DNA of 64,000 bases from Eledone cirrhosa (lineage: Eukaryota): NCBI GenBank assembly GCA_964016885.1, contig OZ024740.1:112716001-112780000 (forward strand), in the 5' to 3' direction. A program made the position numbers and the translations under genes. The notes beneath the pieces are model-generated. The model searched no databases and was not told where the DNA came from. It saw nothing but the letters and a program-made list of their open reading frames with translations. Of the stretch, positions 13,680 through 29,033 are shown piece after piece. Each line of letters starts with the position of its first letter. Positions within the stretch are counted from its first letter, which is position 1.

Positions 13680-13850
13680 TATAATATAATATATATAATA
13701 TGATATATATAGCTTTATCATTGATGATATCATTTGCATGGTGATAAATATTGGCAACCATCTGGAGTTTATATGATAAAGACTGTACGCTACGAGAGAA
13801 TAAAGACTGTATGTATATTACTATAGGGAATATGGTGATATGCGACACAC

Positions 13851-13884
<34 letters not shown>

Positions 13885-13909
13885 GTGTGTGTATGTGTAT
13901 ATATATACG

Positions 13910-13940
<31 letters not shown>

Positions 13941-15670
13941 ATGTGTGTGTATATATGTATATATATATATATATATGTGTGTGTGTATACCTCTGTGTGT
14001 GTATATGCGTGTGTGCATGCCTCAGTGTGTATGTAGCCTGTTTTAATGTAGGGAGGATACATGGTTGGGTTCAAACGGTTAAACCATATTGGCAATGTTC
14101 TCGTGTTCCACTCATCATATATACTGAGGAATATCACAGAAGCAATGTTGAAATATTAATTACGTTATAAATGTCACGAAGTCCACTGAAATTCCTTCAG
14201 ATCATTCTGTCCTTATCATTCATTCTCTAAGAGATGTCTTCTTCTTCTTCTTCTTCTTCTTCTTCTTCTTCTTCTTCTTCTTCTTCTTCTCCCCCCCCCC
14301 CCCCTCACCCCTTCTCTACATTCTTCTTCGTCTTTTTCTTCATTAACAAATAGAGAAATTGATGATGAAGTAAAGATGATAGTTAAGCACAGGCAATAAA
14401 AAAATGGGTTAAGTCGGTACATAAGCCAGGAGCTTGTGAATATATGATGTTCTCTCCCTAACTTAAAAAGCATTTCAACCCCCTTGAATTTAGAATACCG
14501 ACAGCAGGCTTATTTTCCACCATGCAAGATTTCTTTCAGCGAACATGAGCAAATACCTATTTTTTTCGTAATTCTTTCCAGAGAGTTTATATGATAAAGC
14601 CCACCCATCTCCAATGGCTTGGTTAGGGTTTTAAATTGAGTGTCGCAGATTAAAACTACCCACCAAGAGAAGGTATAGTTCATTCGACGGGCATCTTCGC
14701 AGTTTCAGTCTATCTAATTCCACTCACAAATCTTTGGTTTACCCGAGCGTAACGTAGAATACACTTGATTAGTGATGATGTGCCGTGGAGTTGGACCGAT
14801 GTCACGGCAAAAGGAATTTTTATCTTTACGGCCATTTCTTTGCCTATTGATGGCATTGCTGGTGAGGTATCGGTTAGTTTTATAAACTTGTTCAGCCGTA
14901 TTGGTACCACTAGTGAACCCATTTTCATGTGATATTTCATGGATGGTACATCGGGTGATCCCCACTTATCTACTCTGTGGTGCAGCAGTGTAACAGAAAA
15001 CATCCGATTCGATATAATAAAGCTCATCGGCGGACCATATAATTTAAATGTTTTCATGACATACATCGTAGTGTGGGCTGACGGGTATCTCCCCGACCTA
15101 CTTACCACATAGCAAGTCTGAGTTCACTTATGCCTGCCACATATTTTTCATCTGCAGATTAATGACCTACTTCCTGTTACTTCTAATCAAACACTTCGCC
15201 ACAGATGTTTGCGTGGAATCAGTGCAAATATGGAATAAGGAGTCTAGAAAGGTAGTGTGTGGATGATGCCTATGTACAAAAGGTTAACGAGGAGTGACGA
15301 GTTGTAGGATCAGCACCAATATTTCCATGCACAGCATTTTGTTGATATTTAAAATATTCCTTATTCAATTCTTGGTGCAATTAATTGTTTTTAAAAAATA
15401 AAGTTCATGATTATTTTACTTGCAAAGTTAATGAAGAGGGCTTCTAGATCCATATTCTTCAGACAAAGAAAGTGTAATATTGATAGTTACGTATATCACA
15501 CAATTTAGCGAAACCTTTGCCTTTCAACGCGGTTGTTATTTATGGAAATATAAGAGTTATTGTATCATTTGAAGTAGTCACTGATACACTACAATCAGGG
15601 AATTGACATACTATATTTAGTATCGATCTGTATTTCGATTACTTCATCATAGTAATTATGACCAGTAGTA

Positions 15671-16000
15671 GTGAAGGCGTGTGGCTTTGTTGTAAGAGTA
15701 TTCGGCTGACATTCGTAAAGTGGTGAGTTCGATTTCCGGCGGCGAGTTTTGTCCTTGGGCAAGACACTTTATTTCATGTTGCTCCAGTCCACTCAGCTGG
15801 CAAAAATGAGTTGTACCTGTAATTCGAAGGGCCAACCTTGTCACATTCTGTGGCACGCTGAATCTCCCTGAGGACTACGTTAAGAGTACGCATGTCTGTG
15901 GAATTTTCAATCATTACACGTTAATTTCACGAGCAGGCTATTCTGTTCACCGTATCAACTGGAACACTCATCGCCAAAACCGATGGAGTGTCAACAACAA
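15671..16000 (+). mobile_element. tRNA-derived SINE, family B, near full length
   Basis: gtgaaggcgtgtggc head, B-box gagttcgatttcc, tccttgggcaagacacttt core, (aac)n tail; a partial copy also lies at 19960-20116 (-). Confidence 0.8.
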
Positions 16001-16937
16001 CAGTGGTATACACGTCCTCCTAACGACCACAGAATTTCATTGGTAGAAACAGATTAATCCGTGCCGTGCTATATTATAGTATGATGTTCTGATCAGCACA
16101 GATATAATCATTAAATCAGTTTAATGACATTCGCCTACATCTGTACTGAAGCTCTGCTGACGACTGCAGGATTGATACTGCTATAGTGAATAAGATATTT
16201 TATTCCTATCGTTTGGTCTACCCGCTTTGGTCGAAGCTAGCAGGAGCTTGGCTCACGCCAGTATAATCTTCCTGATCAAGAGAATACTCAAACCAATCTA
16301 CCACAACAAGGTACTCAACCATAGAATGGACGATATTCACAGTACCTACATATAAGATAGATCTCTCTTCGTGGTGATGGCGGAGTGAATAGGAAATGCG
16401 TTATTCTGAAAGATAGAAAAGGAAATTCGTTGACAAAGATAGTTCAGCTCACATGACTTTGTTAAGCAACTTTCATCCAGCAGTTTTGAGATAGCGAAGA
16501 AGAACATTGGGAAATGAGTTTTTAAGAAGTTCACTTTCGACTCATAGGATGTTGCTCTCCTCACATTTGAGCACATATCTCAGATGTTTGATTTTGCTGT
16601 TTTTATAACACTCTAAGGCCGCGTGGACAGGTTCTTTTGAGATAGAAGCAGGGAATATCGCCATATATGTGTATGTTAGGTACTATGTAGGTTCAACGGA
16701 GAGGATGTTCGTCAGAGTTACATATACTTCGAAGGCATTGTCATTCTTTACTTCGAAAACTTCGTTCACATATATCAAAAGGTTATTCAGTAAATATTTG
16801 GCTGTTCTATAAACGGGTGCACACAAACCACATCATTTAACACATACATATATATATATATATGTGGGTGTGTGTATGTGTGTGTGTATATCTGTGTGAG
16901 AGTGTGTGTGTGTAGTATATATATGAGCGTATATCTA

Positions 16938-16980
<43 letters not shown>

Positions 16981-17038
16981 GTATCTCTCTCCCTCTCTCT
17001 CTGTCTCTCTGTATATATATATATCATCATCATCACAT

Positions 17039-17107
<69 letters not shown>

Positions 17108-17419
17108 CTGATAAGCACGCACCTCCATTCCACACAAGTCAGTTATAGTGCACAGATGAAGTGAAGTGAACCAAGTAAAGTCAACAGAGTAAGGTCGGCA
17201 TAATTGTAGAGGAAAACCTTCAAACGCACAAATTTGAACGGACAATCCTCTTGCACGTCTGTTACTGGTGGCGCCATTTTGTATATACGTATGTTATATT
17301 ATGGATGGTTGCATGCATGCAGGAATGTATGTATGTATGTAACCATGCACATATCTGTACCCGTTAGTAGATATTTGTGGTTTTATGTGTGTTCCTATAT
17401 AAATATATACCTATACGTG

Positions 17420-17559
<140 letters not shown>

Positions 17560-17560
17560 A

Positions 17561-17694
<134 letters not shown>

Positions 17695-17697
17695 TAT

Positions 17698-17728
<31 letters not shown>

Positions 17729-18049
17729 TATATATATATATTATATATATCATAAATCATGTCTATAGAATTATTAGATAAATAAAATATATACCATTTT
17801 CTCTGCCAATCACCATAATTAACCATATAAAAAATCAATTAGACCACGCTATAAGGATAAAGGCTCCTATGAAGAAATCTCCGACAAACAAACGAAAGTG
17901 ACCTCTTCGCGGTGGCCTCAATAGAGTATTTATCCAACATTTCGACAGCATGTAGAAACTGACCAAATGTACAATCAACCATACACAATTTGGTGTAAAT
18001 TCAAACTTAGAATATATATATATATATATTATATATATTATATATATTA

Positions 18050-18136
<87 letters not shown>

Positions 18137-18286
18137 TATATGTTTGTATGTATGTATGTATGTAGTTAGGTAGGTAAGTATGTATGTCGATGTCTGTTTG
18201 AGAGTATGTGTGCATGCATGTTAGTATGTTAGTAGGCATATGTATACACACACACACACACACACACACATACACACACACACACA

Positions 18287-18388
<102 letters not shown>

Positions 18389-18510
18389 TATATGTTTGTC
18401 TGTGTTCATAGATATACGTATGTATATCAATGAGGAAGAATGCAGTATGGAGAAGAGTAAGCGAGAGAGAGAGAGAGAACGAGATAGATAGTTACAAGGA
18501 GAGAATGAGA

Positions 18511-18590
<80 letters not shown>

Positions 18591-18659
18591 GTGAGAGAGA
18601 ACCATATATATGTATATATATATATATATATATACATATATATATAGAGAGAGAGAACG

Positions 18660-18694
<35 letters not shown>

Positions 18695-18901
18695 TCTATC
18701 GGAGTTTATTTGCACATGTCCTAGTTTAGGAATTTAAAATACAGTTTCATGGTTCATTGGATTTAGTCGTTTGACGAATGTAATGAGTTTGGGGTGGAGG
18801 ATAGTTGGTAGTTTTAAGTTCAATCTAATTTAGGATGATCTTTGCTAGCACTTTAAACAGGCGACATTCAGACACACATATACAAACAATATATGTGTAT
18901 G

Positions 18902-19024
<123 letters not shown>

Positions 19025-19031
19025 CTGAATG

Positions 19032-19603
<572 letters not shown>

Positions 19604-19637
19604 TTATATATACATTTATTTATTTTTATATGCATAC

Positions 19638-19683
<46 letters not shown>

Positions 19684-19693
19684 AACCAGTAAG

Positions 19694-19787
19694 ACCCCGA
19701 CGGCTGAGCTCAAGCCGTTTCGACGGCTAATTCTGGACGAAATGAAAATTTATCCTGGTATTTAAATAGCCGATCTTCTCAAGGGGT
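19694..19787 (-). ncRNA. Type I HHR with variant U3-A8 core
   Basis: Minus strand: ACCCC UUGAGAA GAUCGGCUA..UAGCCGUC GAAA CGGC UUGAGCUCA GCCG UC GGGGU. Confidence 0.7.
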
Positions 19788-20819
19788 AATTCCATATATG
19801 GTCAAAGTGATTGTCAAAAATCAGTAGTAATTCTGTGATTGCAAATTAGTAGGGGAGATGGTGGCTAAACCTGCCAGTAGGAGAAAGAGGGGAGGGGGTG
19901 GAGTAGACCCAATCAAGCGTTGGTAGTGCCAGCTACAGCTACTGCCACCCATTGATTTGGCAGGATCACAACTCATTTCTACAGCTGAGTAAACTGGAGC
20001 AACGTGAAATAAAGTGTCTTGCTTAAGGACACACCACATCACTCGGTACGAGGATCGAACTCACAACCTTTCGATTGCAAGCCCAATGCTCTAACTACTA
20101 AGCCATGCGCCTTCACTCAAGAAATTTCGTAATGCAATAAACCTCAATATTTTAGTGGTGTTTGTGACATAACTTAACACAGCTCCCACATAAAATTATG
20201 AGAGGTTTAAAATTAGATAGGAACACTTTAAATAAGCAGCTTTGAATCGTAGAATCAGGGGCCGTTTCAGGTTACCGGTAGTTTGGTAAAAAAGAAGTTA
20301 ATGAAAGGAGTAAGTATTCAGATACAGAACGATGAGAAGTGTCGTATGCATAATGGAAAGTGAAGAGCTTATTTAGAGAAGAAATAAGATTTGGTATTGA
20401 GGTAACAACATTAAAAGATGACAAGAGTGTATAGAACTTATGAAAGGAATGAATGTATAGCGTTGATGAAAATCTTTTCCAATTAATGCAAGTTTGCCAA
20501 ATACGTAAGTAGCCGTTTGTCTAGATCAAAGTAATGTTTTTAAACTACCTGAGACAAAAAATGGTAAAAAAAGAAGCGAACACTAAAAATTGGGCAACGG
20601 ACCAGATAGTTAGTCTATGTTCTTTTACTTAACTAACCAATATTATTGAGAATCAGACTTCTTATTAGTGTTTTATGGTTACCTATATTCTATGATATTT
20701 TACAGTGTTTAACAATTTATAGCATTTTGGCTACATTCAACACACATTTTGGCTACATTCAGCACACCCACACACGCATATGCATACATACACGCAAACG
20801 GACAGAAAAAACAAAACAA

Positions 20820-20872
<53 letters not shown>

Positions 20873-20947
20873 CAGGGTGTCATAAAATGTATACGCATTT
20901 TGATTCAAATGGTGTTGAAGTGTTTATACACTTCTTGGGACACCGTT
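20873..20947. mobile_element. Tiny Tc1/mariner-like MITE
   Basis: TA-cagggtgtc.taaaatgtatac ... gtttatacacttcttgggacacc imperfect TIRs. Confidence 0.5.
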
Positions 20948-20956
20948 TATACATAC

Positions 20957-21037
<81 letters not shown>

Positions 21038-21632
21038 GTGTGTGTGTGTTTGTGCGAAAATTAAACGGGAACAAAAAGCAAACAACAGTAAAATGTAGAA
21101 TCATATTTTTTTAACGGTCGATATAGTTGGAAAGGAATGTGTATATGTGGGACCTTTCTCCCGCAGCTTTTGTACAAGGCAAGATCTGTTTCTTCACCTT
21201 GTATTCTTTTCGTCGACGGTTCCTAAATATTCCTCTCTTTCTTGCATTACTTTCATCTTTTACACTATAATGTCACTTGTCTTGTGGCAGTCGTAAGGCA
21301 TATTTTCTATTATTTAAAAGTATGCTGCTTTAGCAGTTTTATACTTGTTGAAATACTTTCTCGTTTATATTCATCTGTATTGTTTCTTATTTTGTCCTCG
21401 CTGTTTGTACCGGTTGAAATACTTTTTCGTTTTAATTTCATTGCTCATATGTTGTTTGCATCGTAATTACGAAACTAGCACCGAAAAATAGGTGGCCTAA
21501 TCCTGAAAATAGTAAATTGTGACTGCCCTAATTAACAATCCATCCATTTGGTTTAGGACTTATAGGCATTGAAAACATATTCTGTGTATTTATGTGAGCC
21601 TATTTAAAATATTTGCAGCAATTGTGTGCATG

Positions 21633-21664
<32 letters not shown>

Positions 21665-21668
<4 letters not shown>

Positions 21669-21810
21669 TTTTCCATCCAAAGGAAAATCCTCACTAAATC
21701 GAGATCATACAGAAATGGAGCGAGGTCCTGTAAGTTGTGCATCGATGAAAGAGTAAATATCTTGCAACGATTACGAAATAGTGTTTGCCTTAACACGAGA
21801 GCCAAATTTG
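21665..21810 (+). pseudogene. PLE GIY-YIG endonuclease C-terminal relic
   Basis: Translates FSIQRKILTKSRSYRNGARSCKLCIDERVNIL...CLNTR, matching the end of ORFs 41657-42022 and 53966-55363. Confidence 0.6.
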
Positions 21811-22104
21811 TAATCGTTTCCTTTTTGCTGCGAAATTACTATTGGGTACTGGAACGACCCAGGTTAACCAGAGGTTCAACTAAGACTGAATTATCACAAT
21901 GGATTGTTCTTTAAAGAATGCCCCCCCTTACAATTGTCATACTCACGTTGCCTCCCTTGTCATTCAACTACTGACTTCTATTGTGCAGATTCCAGCCAGC
22001 TCATAGATACTTCTTTTTTTCACTATAACCATACACCAATTGAAGAATCCTTCGGTGAAACGTATATTCTCAAGTATGGTTTGTTAATTTGTTGTGGAAC
22101 TAAC

Positions 22105-22209
<105 letters not shown>

Positions 22210-22278
22210 AGTTCCACAACAAATTAACAAACCATACTTGAGAGCATACGTTTCACCGCAGGATATATATATTTTAGG

Positions 22279-22369
<91 letters not shown>

Positions 22370-22654
22370 GTATTAATTTAAGTCGAGTTATTTTACCTAT
22401 TCATATCATAAAATAACTCGGCTTTGTTGTTATTATTTTCATTGTGATATTAATACCTAATATCTGACACTGTATCTAAGGAATTTATTCAGTTGAACAT
22501 GGAACCTTTCTATGGATTTCACTGGATTACTCGCCAGCAGATTACATTGAGTTCTATCTATGTATATATAAATATATACATAAGCCGGACTGCAATTATT
22601 GTGTTCCAAACTATGCTGAGCTTATCAAAACACAAAAAATATTACACCTTAAGA

Positions 22655-22724
22655 CCTGTCTGATGACAACACATCAAATAATATTGTGCAATCACTATGA
22701 TCTTATTGAAATGCGCATAACAGG
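22655..22724 (+). ncRNA. Type I HHR, stem II degenerate
   Basis: CCUGU CUGAUGA ... GAAA UGCGCA UA ACAGG, followed by aataaa. Confidence 0.65.
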
Positions 22725-22814
22725 ATTATGTAATAAAAACAGATGTATACATGAAACCGTCTCTCTTCTTTATAATATATATAATATTATAATATGTATA
22801 TATTTATATATACA

Positions 22815-22973
<159 letters not shown>

Positions 22974-23447
22974 GTATTTCAATGCCGTTTTAGTTTGTAT
23001 ATATATTTTGAACAACCACGAGACACGTCAGCATAATTTTATCAACAGTCTTACAAACGGGCAGAATTTCTTTCCGGTTGTATGGAATCAATTCATGATA
23101 TTTGGAAATATAATGCATTCAATTACTGGCAAGACACGCTGCATGGATCAAGACACGCACATACACACTCTCATATACGCACACACATGCAAACACAAAT
23201 CCACATGTACTCAAACATACATAGTTAGATAACTGGTAAGAATTTATTCATATTACAAGACATTTTAAGGCATCAAGCCGACACCCGCATGCATTTGTGT
23301 CATACACACACACACACACACACGCACGCACAGACACGCACATACACACACACATGCGCGCGTCCATATATATTTAAACATCGCCACAAATATATTCAAA
23401 TATATACCTATTCTTTTACGCGAATGCAAGATTCGTTGAAGCCTCAA

Positions 23448-23540
<93 letters not shown>

Positions 23541-23665
23541 GCTCCATCTCAAACTCATAACTTACACAAGCGTGCACACGCATAGATTGGGGTATATACA
23601 AAATAATTTACTGGAAAGCAAGATTTGTCGAAGCTTCAACCAATATATATATAATAATATAATAT

Positions 23666-23754
<89 letters not shown>

Positions 23755-24309
23755 AAATATATAAGTTTATATATCTGTACACACACACGCAGACACATAT
23801 ATACACGCTAAATAATTTCTTCCATTCGTGAGGAAATCTAAGCTTTATGTTCTAAAGTTTCAGTATTTAATTGTCGTTGAATGTGCAAAGATTTTCATAA
23901 CCTAAACAAACATTGAGTCAACATTTCTATTTCACTGACCACAAGAGAATTGGCAAATATGAAATATGTTTATATATGCGTCTTTCAACCATTGCTTGTA
24001 ACACGATGATTCAATCATAGACATAAATGTAATTTTATATAACGGCCTTTATTCTTATTGCCAATTGCTACTTACTTTAGAGGCAATACCACACAGAAAT
24101 TGCGAAAAGAATTAAAAAAGAACAAAAAACAAACAAAAAACCATCAACAATAAAGTTCAAAACCTAACGGTCTCTCTAAAAGTAAGTATTTATTAAAATA
24201 TATAATTGAATCTGTATTCTATTTCCCTTTAGTGGTGATGGACAAAACAGGATTGGACTGAAGAGTAAATGAGTGTTTATCTTTTCTAAATAAACACAGT
24301 GGTTTGTGT

Positions 24310-24390
<81 letters not shown>

Positions 24391-24598
24391 TACATATATA
24401 TATATTTAGTCCAAACCCATGCTAGCGTGGAATATGAACGTTAAACGATGATGATGATGATGATGATGATATATATATATATACATACATACATATTCAA
24501 CACAGTGGTAATTACGTAGATGCATCAACAAAAGAGGCGGGAATACGATTCCCTCTAGGCTCTGACAGTCTATCATATAGCCTCATTGTGTGTGTATG

Positions 24599-24630
<32 letters not shown>

Positions 24631-24747
24631 TGCATACACACACATATATCTATATTTGTATATACATACATACATATAGATATATGGATATAGATATATA
24701 GCCACACCCACACATACACACACACACACACATATATATATAATAAT

Positions 24748-24935
24748 AATTGTTTCTACTTTTGGCACATGGCCAGTAATTACCCAGTGCATTACTGGTA
24801 CTTTATTTTATCGACCCCGTAAGGATGAAAGCAAAGTTAACCTCGGCGGGATTTGAACTCAGAATGGCAAGGGCCGTAACTCGATGCATCAAAGCATGGC
24901 GTCCGACCCTCTACTGATACTGCCAATCCACTACA
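24748..24935 (-). mobile_element. SINE family A (a diverged + copy follows at about 24945-25090)
   Basis: Same core as 1256-1446. Confidence 0.85.
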
Positions 24936-25280
24936 TATGTGTACAGATGGCGAACGTTAGAACGTAGAATAGATTGCTTTGCGGTATTCATTGTGGCTCT
25001 TCTCCCTGAGTTCAAATCCCGCTGAGGTAGACTTTGCTCTTTATCCATTCAAGGTTGATAAAAAAAAGTACCAATCTAGTAGTGTGGTCAATTCTTTCTT
25101 TGTGTCTCTTCCTCACTTCCATTCCCTCACTCTCTATCATTTTCTAGAAGAAATCTACTATATTCAAACGTAGAGTTGACTGGATTCTGCCAAGTTTAAA
25201 AATGCTCTAGACACACTGAATATAAATATGGTGCGCCTACGACGATTCTCCCAGGAGTTACGGGTCCATCCATCCATATA

Positions 25281-25329
<49 letters not shown>

Positions 25330-25353
25330 ATGTGTGTGTTTTCATTTTGTCCT

Positions 25354-25739
25354 TACAATTAAGGACAAAATGAAAACACACACACACATAGAACAAACAA
25401 CTAACTAGTAACATGTAAATAAACAAATAAAAACACACACAGACACCCGGATGTAACACATGCGCAACCTAAGCACACAACACACACAAAAACAAGATGG
25501 CATATGACAGAACAAAGGAGAGGCACAACACAAAGAAAAGAATCCCCAGTCACTGAAGAGGTCACAGAATGTGTGACGAAAGAACTTTGACAATATATGA
25601 ACAACCGTCCGGTTATGGAACCAACCAACCAACCGGAAATTTATAAATTCTTAAATTTATAAATTTAATTTATAATAAATTTGAGTGAAAGCAACTGGTG
25701 CGTGTGTTTCTTATTGGCAACATGACCCTCCCAAATCAT

Positions 25740-25745
<6 letters not shown>
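25354..25745 (+). mobile_element. Solo PLE pseudo-LTR with HHR-like motif (25549-25591) and short 5' fold-back
   Basis: Homologous to the reverse complement of 57690-58066, which lies downstream of a GIY-YIG ORF; GUCA CUGAAGA G GUCACA..UGUGAC GAAA GAAC UU UGAC. Confidence 0.75.
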
Positions 25746-25810
<65 letters not shown>

Positions 25811-25861
25811 CACACATATATATATATATTACACACACAAACACAGACACACGCACACACA

Positions 25862-25930
<69 letters not shown>

Positions 25931-26218
25931 ACATATATATATATATATATATATATTTATGTGTGTGTGTGTGTGTATATTTAGTTAATAAAGGAATACA
26001 AAAGTTCACAGTTATATTAGGTTCATGATTGGAGGAAATGGAGGAGGGTTCCACGTTGTTTGACTATGAAAAATAGTCTAACGTGTTGAACATAAATTCT
26101 GGAGACGGAAAGCACAATATTACATGGCGAGACATAGGATTGGAACTGGGGAATACTGAGTGAATGCTAAATATACAAACACAGCATGATTGACTAAAAT
26201 AATTTACAATATTGAATA

Positions 26219-26758
26219 CAGTAGAACCTCGCAGTAGGAGTGCCCCATTGTACGATTAATTTGCTGTACGAGCCGAAGCACATGCGAATTTTTGTCTTGT
26301 AGTATCAGTGGAAATCCGCAGTACGAACGTGTTTCATACAATTAATTGTTTCTACTTTTGGCACAAGGCCAGCAATTATTCAAGTGTATTACTGGTACTT
26401 TATTTTATCGACCCCGTAAAGATGAAAGGTAAAGTTAACCTCGGCGGGATTTGAACTCAGACTATATCTCTTTGCTGCAAAGCATGGCGTCTGACCCTCT
26501 ACAGATACTGCCAAACCAGTTTACATATTTCTTTTGCATTCTCTTTTATTTTGCTTTTATAATTGTCATTTTCCTTGTAACTGCACCTTTTCTGTTTTAA
26601 AACCCATAAAGAATGATTTTTGGTGGCTTTTGCGGGGCTGGAATGGATGATAGATATTTTAATTAATTTCAATGGCGAAAATTGATTTGTAAAACGAGTA
26701 AATCGTAAAACGAGCTCGGTCATGGAACGAATTAAACTCGTACTGCGAGATACCACTG
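26219..26758. mobile_element. pogo/Tigger-like MITE with a nested SINE A (about 26343-26517, -)
   Basis: TA-cagtagaacctcgcagtaggagt ... actcgtactgcgagataccactg-TA. Confidence 0.75.
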
Positions 26759-27095
26759 TATTAAGAAAATATTTTTTAGTAATGTTATGGAATGGGACAC
26801 CTTGGGTGTTGTACTGAATATTCCGGCTAATGTACTGAACATTCCTGATGACGTACCGAATAATCCGAGAGATGTACCCAAATTTCCGCAAAGTCGTGGA
26901 CTGCACGGTGAGACAATCGTACGGAACAAAAATACGATTTAGAATTTTCTTAGATTTTCCCTCTAGTCATATCTCATTTAATTAAGAGACAAGTTGGCAC
27001 CAAAAAGGAGCCTCGTATATATATTTATATTCTTTTGCTTTTATCAATTTATGGGTTTCAGTCATTACATTGCGACCATGCTGGGCATTACGTAC

Positions 27096-27197
<102 letters not shown>

Positions 27198-27521
27198 ACA
27201 TACACATATACATATATGCATACATACATACATCCATACCTACCTACATATATACATATATACATACACTCACACAACACACACACACTTACATACACAC
27301 GCACAAAAGAAACTTACCTGAACATACATGGCAAAAAAAAAAAGGAAAACAATGATGTGCGATAGTTAAGGTGAACTATGAGTGATGAATTAAAGAAATA
27401 TTAGACCCAGAGAGTGAACGAGTGAGAGAGAGAGAGAGGGGGGGGGGAGAAGAAGGGGGAGGGGGAACGATAGAGAGAGGGAGGGAGGGAGAGAGAGAGA
27501 GAAAGAGAGTGGGGGGTGGGG

Positions 27522-27566
<45 letters not shown>

Positions 27567-27763
27567 AAACCATGACGACGCTTTAATCAAAACAATGTAA
27601 TGTACTGAAATACATATTGGGTTTTAGTTTCAGAATTGCTAAGACTTTCCATCACAGCAGGGCATTGAGAAATGTGCAATACCAAAATATATTTATAAAT
27701 ATATTCGTATATCTTCTGACATCTATTCCATATCAAGGTAATGTAATATATACTACCACACTT

Positions 27764-27975
<212 letters not shown>

Positions 27976-28239
27976 GAAAAAGTGCGCTAGCACCCGAAAT
28001 GAATGATAGAGTTATATCTGCATAAATACCGAGTATATAACCGAGACTGCACCAACGTGTATAAATATATGCACAAAACTAATATGCAGACATGTAAGCA
28101 TGCCAGCAAATACGGATTTCTCTGTAAATATATATATACACATACTTGCATACATACATATATATATATATATGTATATATTTATATATTATTACACAAA
28201 TATGACCCTCCCCATGTACAACAATATATATATATATAT

Positions 28240-28646
28240 TCATTAAAATAACAGATTAAAGTTTAAGCAAAGAATCGCTGCTTTCATCCTTAACGGGATC
28301 TCCTGAAACTAAAAAAATCAATCTGTGAACACAGAAGTAAATATTTCGAAAAGCGTTGCAGCCGAAAGAAAACAGGTAGACAATACTTTGGTTCCTGAAG
28401 ACGTTCCCTGGCAAGGAACGAAAAAAAACGAAGATAATACGCCGTTATGTGGTGCGTGGGAACAAATACACACAAAGACAAAACCAGGTTTATGGTATAA
28501 ATGAAGTCGTAGACTAATATTCTATTCAGGAAACCGAATGATTCTCGGCTTCTGCGTTCACAGATTGATTTTTTAGTCTCAGAAGATCCCGCTAAGGGTG
28601 AAAGCAGCGATTATTTGCTTAAACTTTAATCTGTTATTTTAATAAA
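28240..28646 (-). mobile_element. (TA)n-anchored dispersed repeat with inverted copy of its end
   Basis: About 95-bp inverted arms; family copies at about 29312-29430, 39497-39735, 42993-43031, 45073-45276 and 49802-49920. Confidence 0.75.
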
Positions 28647-28742
28647 TATTTGCTCCAGGGTTCTTATATATTTGATATATATTTATCCTTATCAAGCCCT
28701 CTTTGGATTTTAGTCTTCACAATTATTATTATTACTCTTATT

Positions 28743-28798
<56 letters not shown>

Positions 28799-28915
28799 CT
28801 GTGTATGTGTGTATGTATGTATGTGTGTGTGTGTGTGCGCGCGTGTGCGCGTGCGTGCGCGTGCGTGCGCGTGCGCGTGTGCGTGCATGCGCGTGTGTTT
28901 GTGTGTGTGTGTGTG

Positions 28916-28984
<69 letters not shown>

Positions 28985-29033
28985 CGTGCGCGTGCGGGTG
29001 CGATTGTATATGTGCATACTATAAAGCTGTATA

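Noticed and set aside
14710-15108. 132-aa minus-strand ORF in a complex island (likewise 6194-6350, 8896-9030, 9960-10160, 16346-16576)
   Set aside because: No recognisable domain or consistent splice chain; could be host exons but unsupported
22036-22070. ttgaagaatccttcggtgaaacgta HHR-like motif
   Set aside because: Stem I cannot be formed; at best a relic
28394-28440. CTGAAGA-hairpin-GAAA hammerhead-like motif
   Set aside because: No stem III or stem I, and the core is not conserved in the 39.6 and 45.2 kb copies
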